From positions 4,713,280 to 4,777,279 of the forward strand of contig NC_057754.1 of the NCBI RefSeq assembly GCF_004010195.1: a DNA stretch of 64,000 nucleotides. Reading direction: 5' to 3'. Of this stretch, positions 47,705 through 60,379 are shown piece by piece (positions within the stretch are counted from its first letter, which is position 1; each line of letters begins with the position of its first letter). Under the pieces are notes generated by a model that did not search any database, was not told the origin of the DNA, and saw only the letters and a list, made by a program, of their open reading frames with translations. The DNA is from Chiloscyllium plagiosum (Eukaryota). A program made the translations under genes and the position numbers.

Positions 47705-49751
47705 AATACCTTTGAATGGAATGGGTAAACGTTATGTTAAATTGTAAATGGTGTTCCCTGCATTTTCCTTCCCCTCTATCACACATGGTAGATATGCTGA
47801 CAACTGTTTTATCATCTGCATTCTTCCAGTAACAGTCTGGCCCAGGGCAGATAGTGGTATTCTGGTGCTATTCAAAGAGAGTAGGGAAATCTTTATTTGT
47901 TCTGTACACCATCTATTCTATCTACCCAAATGTCCATTATTTCCTGTGCAAAATGCTCTGCCTTATATCTATGAATATTTTCATTGCTGCCTTATTTTGT
48001 TTCAGTCTGTTCCATTGCTGTATTGCTGTGGTAACACTCTAGATTGGCACGTTACTTCATTAACGGTGTAATGGCAAGTATGTCGTCAGTCAAACTTAAC
48101 TAAAGCTATAATTGACTGTAAGGTTAGAGAATCCAGTTCAAGCTACAAAACAAAATTCTGTTGTTTTTTGAATATTACAATATGATTATACTTTGCCCTT
48201 TTCAGCCTGCCTCCCATCTCTAGGTTCCTTTTTTTACTGGTCCCTGGCTGGGAATATGAAGGTGAATGAGTTGCTTATCTTGTGAATGGTATCACTGGCT
48301 AGGGCATCATTTGTTGTCCATCCCTAATTGACCTTGATAAGGCATGTAAGTATGGCTTGGCTGATTCTTCAGCCACTATATTTTTTTTCTCAGTCTCTTT
48401 CCTTGGGATAAAGCATGGTTTCTGTACTACCATATGGCAGTATGAGTAACATAATTCATTCCTGCATGATCATTTACAATTCCTTATCTTCCTTCATCTA
48501 TATGTTAATATGGAAATAATGTGTTCAGGTTTAACTAAGCCTCATTTTTCCTAAAATGGTTACCCACATAGGGAGAGAGAGAGATAAAAATGAATACTTT
48601 CATTTTGCAGGCTCTGGATGTTTCTCGCGTTGCCCTGTTGCTTATAGATTTTAACACTCTGAAGCTTAACCGATCAGAGGGCTGTAGTCAGGCAGAATTT
48701 CCTTAACTCAAAAGATTCTGTGCCATTTAATCTTGAATTCTTCAGAAAGCAACGTCATATTGTACATCTCAAAAATATACAGCACTTTAATTGTAAAATT
48801 CTTCTAGTATTCCAGCTAAATAGCAGCCCAACATCCATTTCAATTTATAATCCCCAAAAAAAGAAATATATATGGTCACTTCCAGTTTTGTTGCTACAGT
48901 TGTTTGAAAAAGCATGCTGAAACCTGCTACCATTTTCACAAAATGCTTGTCTCTTATGTTGGATGGCTGGCACCTTTCGAACTGAATGTTGAAAGAGTCT
49001 ACAACCTTTGGGAGAAATGCAAAATGCAAGGAAAAGGCTGTTGCAGTTGGAACACTACTTATCCATAACATTTCTAATGCTGGACCTGTTTGTCTTTTAG
49101 GATTTACGAGGCTGTTAACAGAGCTAGGCATTAAACTGGTAATTGAATACTTCATTTCTTTCAGTACAAGATCCATTAGCATCAGCTGGGGTATCATCAA
49201 TATTCAGGACTGAAAATATCCACCAGAAAATACATCTGCTATGTAGTGGTAGTAGTAAATGGAGTGAGTTAGTTGTAAAACAAGGGTATTATTGTCTCAT
49301 TCAGAGAATGGAAAGTCTCCCACTGCTCTTAAATTTTGATTTTAAATCTGAAATTGAGAGATTTCTGTTAACCAAAGACATTAAGGTATGTATTGCTAAA
49401 GCAGCTATATTGATGAGATGAAATTTTATGACTGGTTGTGGTGTGTTTGGAAGTCAATTAATTATCATTTGAGGGCCTCAGCGGATTAACCCAGTTACAG
49501 ATGAACCTGTTGCTATTGCATGAACATGACAAGTAAACCTGTGTAGACTGCTGTGTTTTCTCAGGTCAACACTCAGTATCTTATGGAGGGGGTCCGGCAC
49601 CAAGAATTTGTGGGGTTGGGGCCCAGTGAGAGTCACCTCTTTATTGACACATCTACCCCTATTTTTCCATGACGCCCACCTTGTAAAACCTCTCCTGGCT
49701 AATTTACGTATGGCCAAGGTCATTTCATGATTTTCAGCTTCCTGTTCCAAC

Positions 49752-50095
49752 AGTGGGGAGGTGATAGCCTAGTGATATTATTGCTGGCCTGTTAATCCAG
49801 AGACCCTGGTAATATTCTGGGAGCCCAGGTTCAAACCCTGCCATGGTGGAATTTGAATTCAATAAAAGAATTCTGGAATAATGAGCCTAATGATGAATGT
49901 GAAACCATTGAAAAACCCATCTGGCTCACTAATGTCTATTCAAGGAAGGAAACTGCCATCCTTACCTGGTCTGATCTACAGGTGACTCCAGACCCAAAGC
50001 AATGTGGTTGACTCGTAACTGCTCTCTGGGCAAATAGGGATGGGCACTAAATGCTGGCCTAGCCAGTGATGCCCTCATCCCATGAATGAGTAATT
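49752..50095 (+). mobile_element. tRNA-derived SINE with a LINE-shared 3' tail
   Basis: A box TAGCCTAGTG, B box GGTTCAAACCC. Tail AGGGATGGGCACTAAATGCTGGCC..CATCCCATGAATGA. Confidence 0.8.
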
Positions 50096-50552
50096 TTTAT
50101 AAAACACATTTTCAGATCCTTGATCTCAGAGAATGTCTGTGGTGGTTACTTAGCACTAAACGCTGGTGAATGTTCCTGGAGGAGGCAGCAGGGGATTCTT
50201 ACTGACTCATCAGCCAGCAGGTGAGACCCCTAACTACTCCTTAACACCCACTCCTTCCTCTGCAGTTGGACCATTGTTCAGCCATGATCTTGTTGCATGG
50301 TGCAACAGACAGGATGGACTGAATGGCTTCCTTCCCCTCATATTTTATTACGCTGTGTCCGTGAAGTCAGTGTTCAGTGTAGCTTGCAGCCTGATTGTTA
50401 AATAAAGACACAAAAAAAATTCTGGAATGCATGGTTTATCCATCTAAGTTTGTTGGGATTAAATAAGTCGAACTTTTCAATCAGGACTCAGAGTTCTTAA
50501 ATTTTCTTTTGACCTGAGCAAAGGACGCAGGAGTAAAGAGAGCTTGACATAG

Positions 50553-50822
50553 TGAATTTAATTAAATTGAATTGAATTAATTGTCACGTGTACCGAGGCA
50601 TAGTGAAAAGCTTTGTCTAGCGAGCAATACAGGCAGATCACATAGTTAAGTAGCATAGATAGTAAATAATAGGTAAACAGCGGCAAAAACAAAAAAAAGG
50701 TACAGGCGAATGTTAAGAGTTTGTGAGTCCATTCAGTATTCTAACAACAGTAGGGTAGAAATTGTTGCGAAATCAGCTGGTACTTGTGTTCACCCTTCTC
50801 TACCTTCTTCCTGATAGTAGAG
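50553..50822 (-). mobile_element. Rex1/Babar LINE 3' end
   Basis: (AATTG)n tail followed by TTGTCACGTGTACCGAGG..GTGAAAAGCTTTGT. Homologous to 60380-60670. Confidence 0.7.
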
Positions 50823-52440
50823 TGCATTTTGGATCTTCCAATTTGTTTGAATGAGAATGAAAATAAATTCATTTCTTACATAGGATTCACCTTGCACTCT
50901 TCCTCGTGTAGTCACTGCAAGTTCAGGTTGAGTGCGCTTGTGTTCTTTTGCTGGAGAAGCCAAAGTTTTTTCTAACATTTTATTAGGACAAATGTTCTCA
51001 GTTCTCAAATTCTATCTTATTCATTAAGTGCATCCACCCTCAAGAGGTTAGGTACCTCGTTAACTTGTTGATGCAAATATTCTTACGGAGCTTTGGCAAG
51101 CTTTCCAGCCTACCCTGTCCCTTGAGTATTGTATGTTAGCTGCAATATGTCTAGTTGTGGGTGTTTGATGGCCAAATTCATGCAGCACCTCCCTGCTCTT
51201 CTTTCATAATACCATCTAAAATTTGCATTTGATAGAGGTAGCTCTTCAGCTTGGCATTTGAAGCTGGTATCTCTGATAGTGCAGCAGTCGTTCAACGCTG
51301 AACTTTGATTGTCTGCTCAGTTTTTGTAACAAGTTTCAAACACAGCCCAATGTAGAGACAAGAATATAAGTAGCTGAACTAAGCTAGTTGTAAACTGTGG
51401 AAATAAAACCTGACAACCTTCAGATTTAATTACTGCCATAAACTTCTTCTAAAATATATGAGTAGACATGAACAGTGTAGGTACATAGAATTGAGTCTTG
51501 GCAAGTCATTCGCATCCACCCATAATTTTCCATTGACTATTGACAGGGAACATGCATTGGTATGAGTCATCTCAGCTATAATTTACTAAAATAAAATGAA
51601 ATTAATTGCATATTCTAATTATTTCACTGGGTGGATCCAAAAATTTGTCAATTAAAGTTGTAAGTAAGTTAATGGTGATATCAGACATTGGATGAAGTAA
51701 CTGAATATTGGGAAATAAAACTGTGCACAGGTTGAATTCTCATGATACAAGGACGTTCATATTAATTGTATTTTTATGATTTGAAAATTTATTCTCCTAT
51801 TATTTCTTGTGCTCAAGTTGCAACATAACTGTTGTGATTAAATTCTCTTCTGATGTGGATTTTAATACTCTTAATTCAGCCTTTAATGATGGTGGGTGCT
51901 GTTCTCCAGTTGGTGCTAATGCGTGTTATTAAGTTATAAGAGAGAAAACTTGATTCTCAACTATATGAAACTAAATGCTGGCATACATAATGATTTTCAT
52001 ATCAGAAGTAAGGGAAATTTCAGAGGTAGTTGTGGAGTTTGGAACCGGTAGGAAAGAGGTATGACCATTATCCATTATTCATTTAACATACAGTATTTGT
52101 CAGGGTAGAGAAGAAAGAAAGCATATCCTCCTCCGCCGCTTCCCATTGATTATACCTAATAGAAATGTTTGATGTTGATGTTGGGTACACAAAATGAGAT
52201 GTATTGCATTCCCCAACTGAAACCTTAAGCAAAAGAAGCCAACCTACCATTTTATTTGATGGCGTAAATCTCATTTCACAATATCAAATTTTTGTTTTCA
52301 TGCCATAATTTCTGTTTGAGCATGGGCTTTGTATAGATCATGATGTTCTCCAGTGCCTGGTATCAGGACAACCCTGCATTGCCTGATAGAGTTAATGCTT
52401 TCAGCATGATATTTTATCTCTCTCCAATTTCTCTCTTTGT

Positions 52441-52563
52441 CAAACCTGATGAAGGAGCAGTGCTCAAAAAGCTTGTGATTTCAAATAAACCTGTTGGACA
52501 ATAGCCTGGTGTCATGTGACTTCTGACTTTGTCCACCCTAGTCCAACACTGGCACCTCCACAT
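52441..52563 (+). mobile_element. Terminal repeat of a different PLE family with decayed hammerhead
   Basis: AC CTGATGA A GGAGC AGT GCTC(A) AAAAG CTT GT, i.e. an AGCU-palindrome helix III type. Followed by AATAAA (52484-52489) and CCTGTTGGAC. Confidence 0.6.
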
Positions 52564-52955
52564 TTCAAAATTATGGACATCTCGAACCATTCAAACCACT
52601 GCATTGAGTTTAAGAAGCTTTGAGTGTCATTCAAGATTTGCACGAATGAATTAATTCCAATAAAAGGCAAGCTTAGAGATCTACTACTGAAAATCTAAGG
52701 CTGCTTATTGTTTAGGAGGTGCCTTATAATGAAATAAAAGTTGATAAATGGACAAATTAATGATTTATTCTGCTATCATTCGAGATGGATCAGAACTGCT
52801 GAAATGCAATTGCTTTTCAGATTACAAAATCCAAGAGTTGTGATTAACTTCATCAAGTTCTCCTATTAGTTTCAGAGTATTAATGGACAAGGAGACACAA
52901 AATTTTGAGGTACAACATGACCTTGCAATTACAAGCATTCAATGTTGAGACTTGT

Positions 52956-53048
52956 GTCGAGAGTGTAGTGCTGGAAAAGCACAGCAGATCAGGCAGCATC
53001 CCAGGAGCAGGAGAATCGACGTTTCGGGCATAAGCTCTTCATCAGGCA
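52956..53048 (-). mobile_element. Penelope pLTR-derived element
   Basis: Perfect 12-bp TSD GTTGAGACTTGT (52944-52955 / 53049-53060). Confidence 0.88.
53014..53046 (-). ncRNA. Minimal hammerhead motif with canonical core
   Basis: Minus strand reads C CUGAUGA A GAGC UUAU GCCC GAAAC GUC GAUU. One mismatch in helix II; helix I largely lost. Confidence 0.6.
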
Positions 53049-54269
53049 GTTGAGACTTGTACAGGTTGCGGTCGTGCAGGATAACCTTGTGGTTACAAGT
53101 GTACTAGTCTGAAGCTTGACATGAATTGCCAAAGGAAATTTGTTGTGACAAGTCCTTGATCTAACCTATGTGACATAAAGGCTGTTGGCAACTAGAGATC
53201 AGATGCTGTATTACAGCCCAGGAGGTAAAATCAGCAAGCTAGCCATGTTTCTGTGTGACTGGTTAGAGAGTGGATTTGCTATAGGGCTGAAGCAAGGCAC
53301 GAGCCAGGGTCTGGTCTTTAGCAACTGAGAAAAAAAGTACTATAATGAGATTTTTTCAGAAAAATTAATATATATTGTCTTGGTGAAGAATAAATAATGC
53401 TGCAAATAAGTATAAAGTAAAAGCTAGTGCCACCTGCTAAGCAGATCATTTTCCATTCTGCCGTACACTTTGCAGTGTGACAGCCGCTTAAGATGCACAG
53501 TGTACATTTTCTTCCTCTCATAATTCTTCCTAACCTCTGTTCAGTTTTACATTATTTCTTTGTTCTGCTTATGCAGTGCGGTTACTCAGCTTATTTAATG
53601 CATTGATGCCTATGTTCTCACAATGACAAAGAACACATTTCAGCATCTTGCTTTCTCATGCAATGAATTTGTCACCATGTAAAATGCCTTCAACAGCAGA
53701 TACAGATATGTAACGAGCAGTTGTTCACCCTAGTGTTGCACAGTTCAAAATTAGGTGTCAATATAAAACCCAGGTTTCAGACTGATGCAATCTATAATAG
53801 AAATGTGTATTTCTTCACTCTTCGCCTAAATGGAGTACAGTATGAAAGTTCCATATCCTTTCCTGAACCCAATTATTTAGTTTTTTTTTGTCACTAGATT
53901 GTGAACTTTTCTTTTTGTATAGTAATGATACTTTTTATTTGTATTTACTAATGTGTTGATTAAAGTAGAAGTGTGTGAATCTAAATAAAAGCGCCATTGT
54001 TTGTTGTTTGGAAGCAGTTAGTGAGGCTGTTAAGTTTATGACATTTGCCATTCTATTTGTGCTGTATTTTAGCTGAAATACCTGTATATTGCTTAAAGAC
54101 AAAATATATGTTAATTTAGGGATACATACTCTACTGTTTGATGTTTAAAAATTACCTAGGAAGAATCTTTATTTGAGAGAAAGAATATTTAAAATGTTGA
54201 AATCAGTTATAATGGTGTACTTCCATACTTCACTTGTGGATTTAGATTTGACTGGTGCATGAAATCAAT

Positions 54270-54630
54270 GTATTTCAACAGTACCTTGTATTTATGCAGT
54301 TTTTTATGTTGTAAAATGTTTGAAGGTACTTCACAGGAGCTTTACGGAACAAAGTTTGATATTGGCTCATACTACATGTTAGTTTGAAAGTTGGCTAAAG
54401 TGTTAAATTTAAAGGAGTGATTTGTAAAAGGAGAGAAAAGTGGAGATGTTGAGGGAGAGAATTCCACAGCTTGGACCCCAGGCCATCAAAGGCATGTGGT
54501 AGAGCGAGCAAAATCGGAGATGCTTAGGAGGCCAAGGTTGGTGAAGCTCAGGGACTTTAAGGGGATCACAAGGCTGAAGAGAGAAAAGAAAGAGAAGAGG
54601 GAGGCTTTGGAATGAATTATAAACCAAGAA
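54270..54630 (-). mobile_element. Old L2-type LINE 3' end
   Basis: CAACAG..CTTGTATTTATGCAG tail reverse complement, then GGGAGAGAATTCCACAGCTTGGACCC. Homologous to 5360-5540. Confidence 0.55.
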
Positions 54631-54889
54631 GAACTGTGGTTCTGGTCAAGATCCAGATATCTCATGAACTCTAATTCAGTGAGTAAGTAGATCATGTACA
54701 GAACCTGCTCAGAATTTGATGCAAAGCCTTGCACTTAGCCCTAGTGCACTGAATCACATCTTGTTGCAGAGTGATCACAGGTGAACTGTGACAAGCTTTC
54801 TTCTTATTTCCCTTGCTCCATTCAGGTAAGAAATTGTACCTCTGCATGAAGTTTGGTGTCAGGAAATCAAACTTGAGGGAATTGAAGCT

Positions 54890-55665
54890 GTGGTAGTAAA
54901 AAAGGCATATGGCATGCTTGCCTTCATTGGAAGGGGCATTGAGTATAAAGATAGGCAAGTTATGCTGCAGCTTTATAGAACTGTAGGTAGGCCATACTTG
55001 GAATATAGCATACAGTTTTGGTCACCACTCTACTAGAAGGATATAGATGTTTTGGAGAGGTACAGAAAAGGTTTACCAGGATGTTGCCTGGTCTGGGGAT
55101 TTTAGCAACGAAGAAAGGTTGGATAGACTGGGTTTGTTTTTGCTGGAACGCAAGATGTTGGGGGTGACTTGAATGAAGTTTATAAGATTGCGAATGGCGT
55201 GGATAGAATGGAAAGTATGAGGCTTGTGGGTGCAGGGCTTATGCTTGAAATGTCGATCCTTCTGCTCCTCGGATGCTGTCTGAACTGCTGTGCCTTTCCA
55301 GCACCACGCTCTTTGACTCTGATCTCCAGCATCTGCAGTCCTCACTTTCTCCCAGGGCGGAGGGGTCAATTATTAGGTTCAAGGTGCCAGGGGTGAGTTT
55401 AAAAAAGATGTATGAGGCACGTTTTTCACACAAAGGGTGGTGAGTGCCTGGAATGCATTGTCAGAGGAAGTAATGGAAGCAGACACAATAGCAGCATTCA
55501 AGAAGCACCTGGATGAATACATGAATAGGAAGGGAATAGAGGGATACCGATCCTGTAAGTGAAGACGGTTTTAGTATGGAAGGGCAAAATGTGTTGGCGC
55601 AGGCTTGGAGGGCAGAAGGACCTGTTATTCCTGTGCTGAATCGTTCTATGTCCTTTGTTCTGTGA
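54890..55665 (+). mobile_element. CR1 LINE 3' fragment with a nested PLE derivative (about 55232-55351)
   Basis: AAGGCATATGGCATGCTTGCCTTCATTGG..GGCCATACTTGGAATAT..AGGTTTACCAGGATGTTGCCTGG. Nested GGGCTTATGCTTGAAATGTCGAT..CAGCATCTGCAGTCCTCACTTTCTCC. Confidence 0.85.
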
Positions 55666-55944
55666 TTCTTAGTGAAATTGTCACTCACAAACTCAGTTGT
55701 AATTAAAAAGGTGTGATAAAAGTCAGACAGATTTTGTGATTCATTGCATGTGTTAAGTTTCTTTTCCTGTTGATTAACTTCACTTTCCGTGTAAGATTTG
55801 ATTCATAAATACTTGGAAATAACTGGAATAAGGGATTTTAAGAAGTTTTTGGAACAATAAAGTAGTACTGTAGAACACGATTTCTGAACCTGGTTGTCCT
55901 TAGTGTTTGTTTTGTTCTTGATAGGTTTAAGACTTTGATACTGT

Positions 55945-56300
55945 TCCCAGTTACCTTAAGAAAGTGGTAGTGGCCTTTCTGCCTGAACTGCTGCAGTCTC
56001 TGTGCTGTTGGTGTTTTCATAATTATGTTAGTTAGGAAGTACCCAGGATACTGATCAAGCAACAATGCAGGAATGCTGATAAATGTCCAAGTTGGGGTAA
56101 TGTGTGACTTGGAGGTTACGGTGTTCCCATGACATTTTTGCTGTTGTCCTTCTTAGTAGTAGAGGTCACAAGGGAGGGAGGTTCAAGTTACAGTAACTTT
56201 GGTGAGTTATTGAAGTGCATTCTGTAGATAGTACCCAAAGCAGTCATCCTGTGCTAATGTTGGAGGAGGTGGCTATTGAGTTCAGTGGAAGCAATACTGA
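55945..56300 (-). mobile_element. CR1/L2-group LINE 3' fragment (second family)
   Basis: Homologous to 57275-57620. Confidence 0.55.
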
Positions 56301-56683
56301 TCAGGAGAACATCATGTTCTTGTAGCAACCACTATAATATTTATGTCATGGCTTATTAGTGTTATCAATATTTTAACTAATTGTTCTCTCAAACATGTAT
56401 TCTTCCTCGATAACTTTTAAGTGTCAGACAGTACAGTATGTATCCCTTAAATGACCATATATTTTGCCTTCAAGCAAGGCTAGTATGCCAGCTGGTGCAT
56501 TTATATTTTGGTCCGAGATAAATAGTATTGAGAACAGCAGCTTAGCTGGATGATTTTACATGTTGTGTGGCAAGGCTAAGACTTACTTTGTGAATCTATT
56601 ATTTATGAAGCTTTTTGTGATGTATCCTAAGAGATAAAACAATGAACTCTTGAACTCAGCCATTGCTGTTCTTTTCTTCATTA

Positions 56684-56995
56684 GGGTAGCACAGTGGCTC
56701 AGTGGCTAGCACTGCTGCCCCACAGCGCCTGGGATGTGGGTTCGATTCCATCCTTGGGTTACTGTCTGTGTGGAGTTTGCACATCCTCCCCGTGTCTGCG
56801 TGGGTTTCCTCTGGGTGCTCTGGTTTCCTCCCACAGTACAGATTAGGTGGATTGGACATGCTAAAGTGTCCATAGCTGAGCAGGCTAGATAGATTACCAT
56901 GGAAAATGAAGGATTGCAGGGATGCTCTTTGGAGGGGCAGTGTGGAATCAGTGGGCCAAATGGACTGCTTCTACACTGTAGGGATTCTATGATTA
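56684..56995 (+). mobile_element. HE1-type V-SINE
   Basis: A box TGGCTCAGTGG, B box GGTTCGATTCC, V-domain, tail GTAGGGATTCTATGATT. Confidence 0.9.
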
Positions 56996-57274
56996 TAGGC
57001 ATTACTGAACCAATTGGGTTTTCACAACAACAATGATAGTTTCATCTTCACCATTACTTAGACCAACTTTATATTTCAGATGTTTTATTTGCATTTAAAT
57101 TGCACCAGCCGTTCGAGTCATACAGCACGGAAGCAGACCCATTGGTCCAACCAGGCCATGCCGAACATAATTCCAACTAACCTAGTCCCACTTGCTGGGA
57201 TTTGAATCCATATTTCCAGAGTATTACTATGGGTCTCTGGATTACTACATTACCACAATGCTATCAACTCATTT

Positions 57275-58180
57275 CTATGTGGGATGTGGGTGTTGCTGAC
57301 TATCCCTCATTGCCGTTGAAAAGGTGGGGGAGAGGTGCCCTCTAAAATCGTTGCAGTTTGTTTGTTGAAGGTACACCCACAGTATTGTTAGGAAAGAATT
57401 TTGACCCAGTAATAGTCAAGGAATAGCAATATTGTTCCAAGTCAGGATGATGTATGCCTTGGAGGGCAATGGTGGATAATAACTTGCCATGTGTTCGTTG
57501 TCCTTGTTCTTCTGGGTGATAGAGGCTGCGGGTTTGGAAGGTGTTGTTGAAGGAATCTTTGCTAGTTCCTGCAACGCATCTTGTATATGGTACACACGCT
57601 GCCACTGTATGTTGGTGGTAGACACTGAATTTTGCAGATCTTAAATGGAATGCCAGTCAAGTGAGCTGCTTGGTGTTGGAACTTTTTGTCTGTTGTTGGA
57701 GCTGCAGACCTACAGGCAACTGGAAAGTATTTCATAACTCTCCTGACTTGTGCTTTGTAAATGGTAGACAAACATTGGGGAAATCAGGAGATGAAATACT
57801 CAAAATTTAGAATTGCTAGCTTCCAACTTGCTATTGTAATGACTATATTTACATGTTTGGTCTTGTTTAATTTCTAGTCAGTGGTAACTCCAAAGACGTC
57901 GATGCTGGGGGTTTCATCTAAGATCATGCCATTGAATGTCAAGGGGAGATTATTGGTTTCTCTCTTCTTGGACATGGTCATTACCTGTGACTTGTTTGGT
58001 GTGAATGTTACTTGTCACTTGAATGTTGTTTAGGTCTTGTTGCTTGAGGAACACAGACTGTTTCAGTATCTGAGGAGTCCAGTGTGGAATAGTACACAAT
58101 AATCAGCAAATACCCCTACCTCTAACTTTATAATGTAGGGGAGGCCATTGAAGCAGCTGAATATGTTTGGCCATGGACAT
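57275..58180 (-). mobile_element. CR1/L2-group LINE 3' fragment (second family)
   Basis: ORF 57562-57771 minus reads STIYKAQVRRVMKYFPVACRSAAPTT...AAHLTG...VCTIYKMRC. Confidence 0.7.
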
Positions 58181-58199
58181 TTCCATCAGTTTTTAAAAT

Positions 58200-58545
58200 G
58201 TATTCACTCATGAGATGTGGGCATTTCTGGTCTAGGCTTGCATTTATTGTCCATCCCTAATTGCCCAGAGGGCAGCTAGGAGTCAACCACAAGATTCACA
58301 TTTAGGCCAGACCAGGTAAGGATAGCAGGTTTCCTTCCCGAAAGGGCATTAGTGAACCAGATGGGGTTTTCTAATAATTGACAGTGGTTTCATGATCATC
58401 ATTAAGCTCTTCATTCCAGATTTTTTTATTGAATTCAAATTCAACTATCTGCCATGGTGGGATTTGAACCTGAGTCCCCAGAACACTAGCTGAGTTTCTG
58501 AATTAGTAGCTGGGTGATAATACCACAAGGCCATTACCTCTCCAT
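58200..58545 (-). mobile_element. tRNA-derived SINE with a LINE-shared 3' tail
   Basis: Reverse complement of the 49752-50095 family. Confidence 0.8.
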
Positions 58546-58819
58546 TGACTGGATTTAAGCTGACATTGCAATCCGAAAACAAAATATAAATCAACCAGAA
58601 CTGGTCTGGTTTTGCATTGATGATCTGTTGAAGAGTGACAGGTGCAAAGGAACAGGCTTCCTGTCACTCGCTTTACTTGGGAATATTGCATGAAACAGGG
58701 AAATCTAAAAAGTAGGAAAAAAAGTTAAAGATGTAAGTATAACAACTGTTAATCTTATGTTCTTAAAAATGTTGCGTTTGAGTTTCCTTCTAGCATTCTG
58801 ATTGTTTCATTTTGTCTGC

Positions 58820-58935
58820 TGATATTTTCTAATTAACCTATTCAGATATTGTATTGCACATTTGTCGAGCAGGAGCAATTTGAACGTTGGCATCCTGGTC
58901 AGACGTAGGAATATTACCCACTGTGCCACGAGATC
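58820..58935 (-). mobile_element. Short tRNA-derived SINE (family of 35258-35794)
   Basis: GATATTTTCTAATTAACCTATTCAG...TTTGAAC...CACTGTGCCACGAG. Confidence 0.6.
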
Positions 58936-60379
58936 CTGTCCATTTTGTTTGTTACATTCTAGCAATCTGCTTGATCTCTGACAACCAAATGGCTTGTCAG
59001 GATCAGTACTCGGAAACATTTATTTTCTCTTAAAGAGCACCTGTTCTTGGTTCAACCTCATTGTACTGGAGTTGTAAACATCTCCCTTAGTCCCTAGAGT
59101 TGCATTTTTGGCTTCCTGCTTATCTAATAGTTCTGGTTAATTTTCAGTTTAAAATATAGAACTCAATCTTCTGATATGAACTGGCAACTTGTTAACCATT
59201 TAGAGAATTACTCAATGGAAGCCACAGTTACACTAACTCATTCTTATTTGTTTTCATTTTGCATAGCAAGTATCTTTATTGGTTTCAAAAAAAAACTTGC
59301 AGAGAGCTATTGTCTACCTGGCATTTGGAAAGTTCTGCTTCTTTCTTTTAATTCCTTTTTGTGGGTGACCTACTATCAGAGGCATTCAGAGAAACAACCT
59401 TCCATGAAGGGATTCAGTAGTTGTAATGCCAGTAGGATCAGATTGATTTTGGTAAATGCTTATTGGCACTTCTTTCATTGGAAGCCTCCCTGTAATGTTT
59501 AAATGCCATCAACAGAGTTCCAACTTTTCAGGAAATAGATCTAATCAACATGCTACTTAAATAGAGTAGAAATCATTTCTGAATATTAAAAGCCCTTGTA
59601 TATGGACATGAATTCCCATAGCCTACAAGAATATGGATCAAGAGCTGAAGAGTGAGAGTAGGCCTGATAACTCTTTTCGGGCAGCACAGAAATGATGTGT
59701 CAAAAAGTCTTGTAAATTACTATGATGCCAGAGAAACAACAAAATAAAAGAATTGCCCAACTCTTGCAGGATTCCACTTTCAAGAGCTTAAAATGTGGAT
59801 AAAAAGAGAATAGATTGAAATCTAACAGGGACAAAGAGGTGCACTGTAATCAGGTTTGGTTTGCACAATTTAGATCAGAATAATGAAAAATTCTGATAAC
59901 CCAGCACTTTATCTTTTTTATGCTGTGTGTTCAGTCCCTATGGATGATAATACAGTACAGTGGGGCTTTAGCCAATTAACCGCAGGATTATTCAGGGAAT
60001 TCAGATATGTAACCAATTAATACTAGGCTGTCAGAGGCTATTATTATCCTATTTCATTGGGCCATCCACTGATGTCCATAGCCAAGAAAGGATGAGCATC
60101 ATTTCTGTATAAATATTAAGAGGCTGCACTTTTTAATATTTGGCTACAGCTGCTTCCAGGCAGTGTTAGCAAAAGTAACCAAATGGGAGTGTTCACTGAA
60201 TCTTTATGCCTCTGTGAGTTTGGTTGCGGAAGATTGCAAAAGACTTTGTGGTTGTTTATCATGACAGGAATATCATGATGACCCTGATTCTTAATGTGCA
60301 CATGCATCACATAATGTTACACAGACCAGGAAGGTGTCAGGCTGAACCTTTTGTTTATACAAAACTGGCCAAACTCTGT

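Noticed and set aside
48787..49421. 137-aa and neighbouring ORFs; also non-repeat stretches at 45740-46080 and 53280-53560 as conserved elements
   Set aside because: No motif or homology I can support from the sequence alone; a cross-species alignment would be needed.
284..55351. Recurring GCTGGAAAAGCACAGCAGGTCAGGCAGCATC repeats as a CRISPR-like array or DNA MITE family
   Set aside because: The copies are dispersed in both orientations with no regular spacers or cas genes. TSD length varies, and the sequence is attached to a PLE ORF at 34298-35155.
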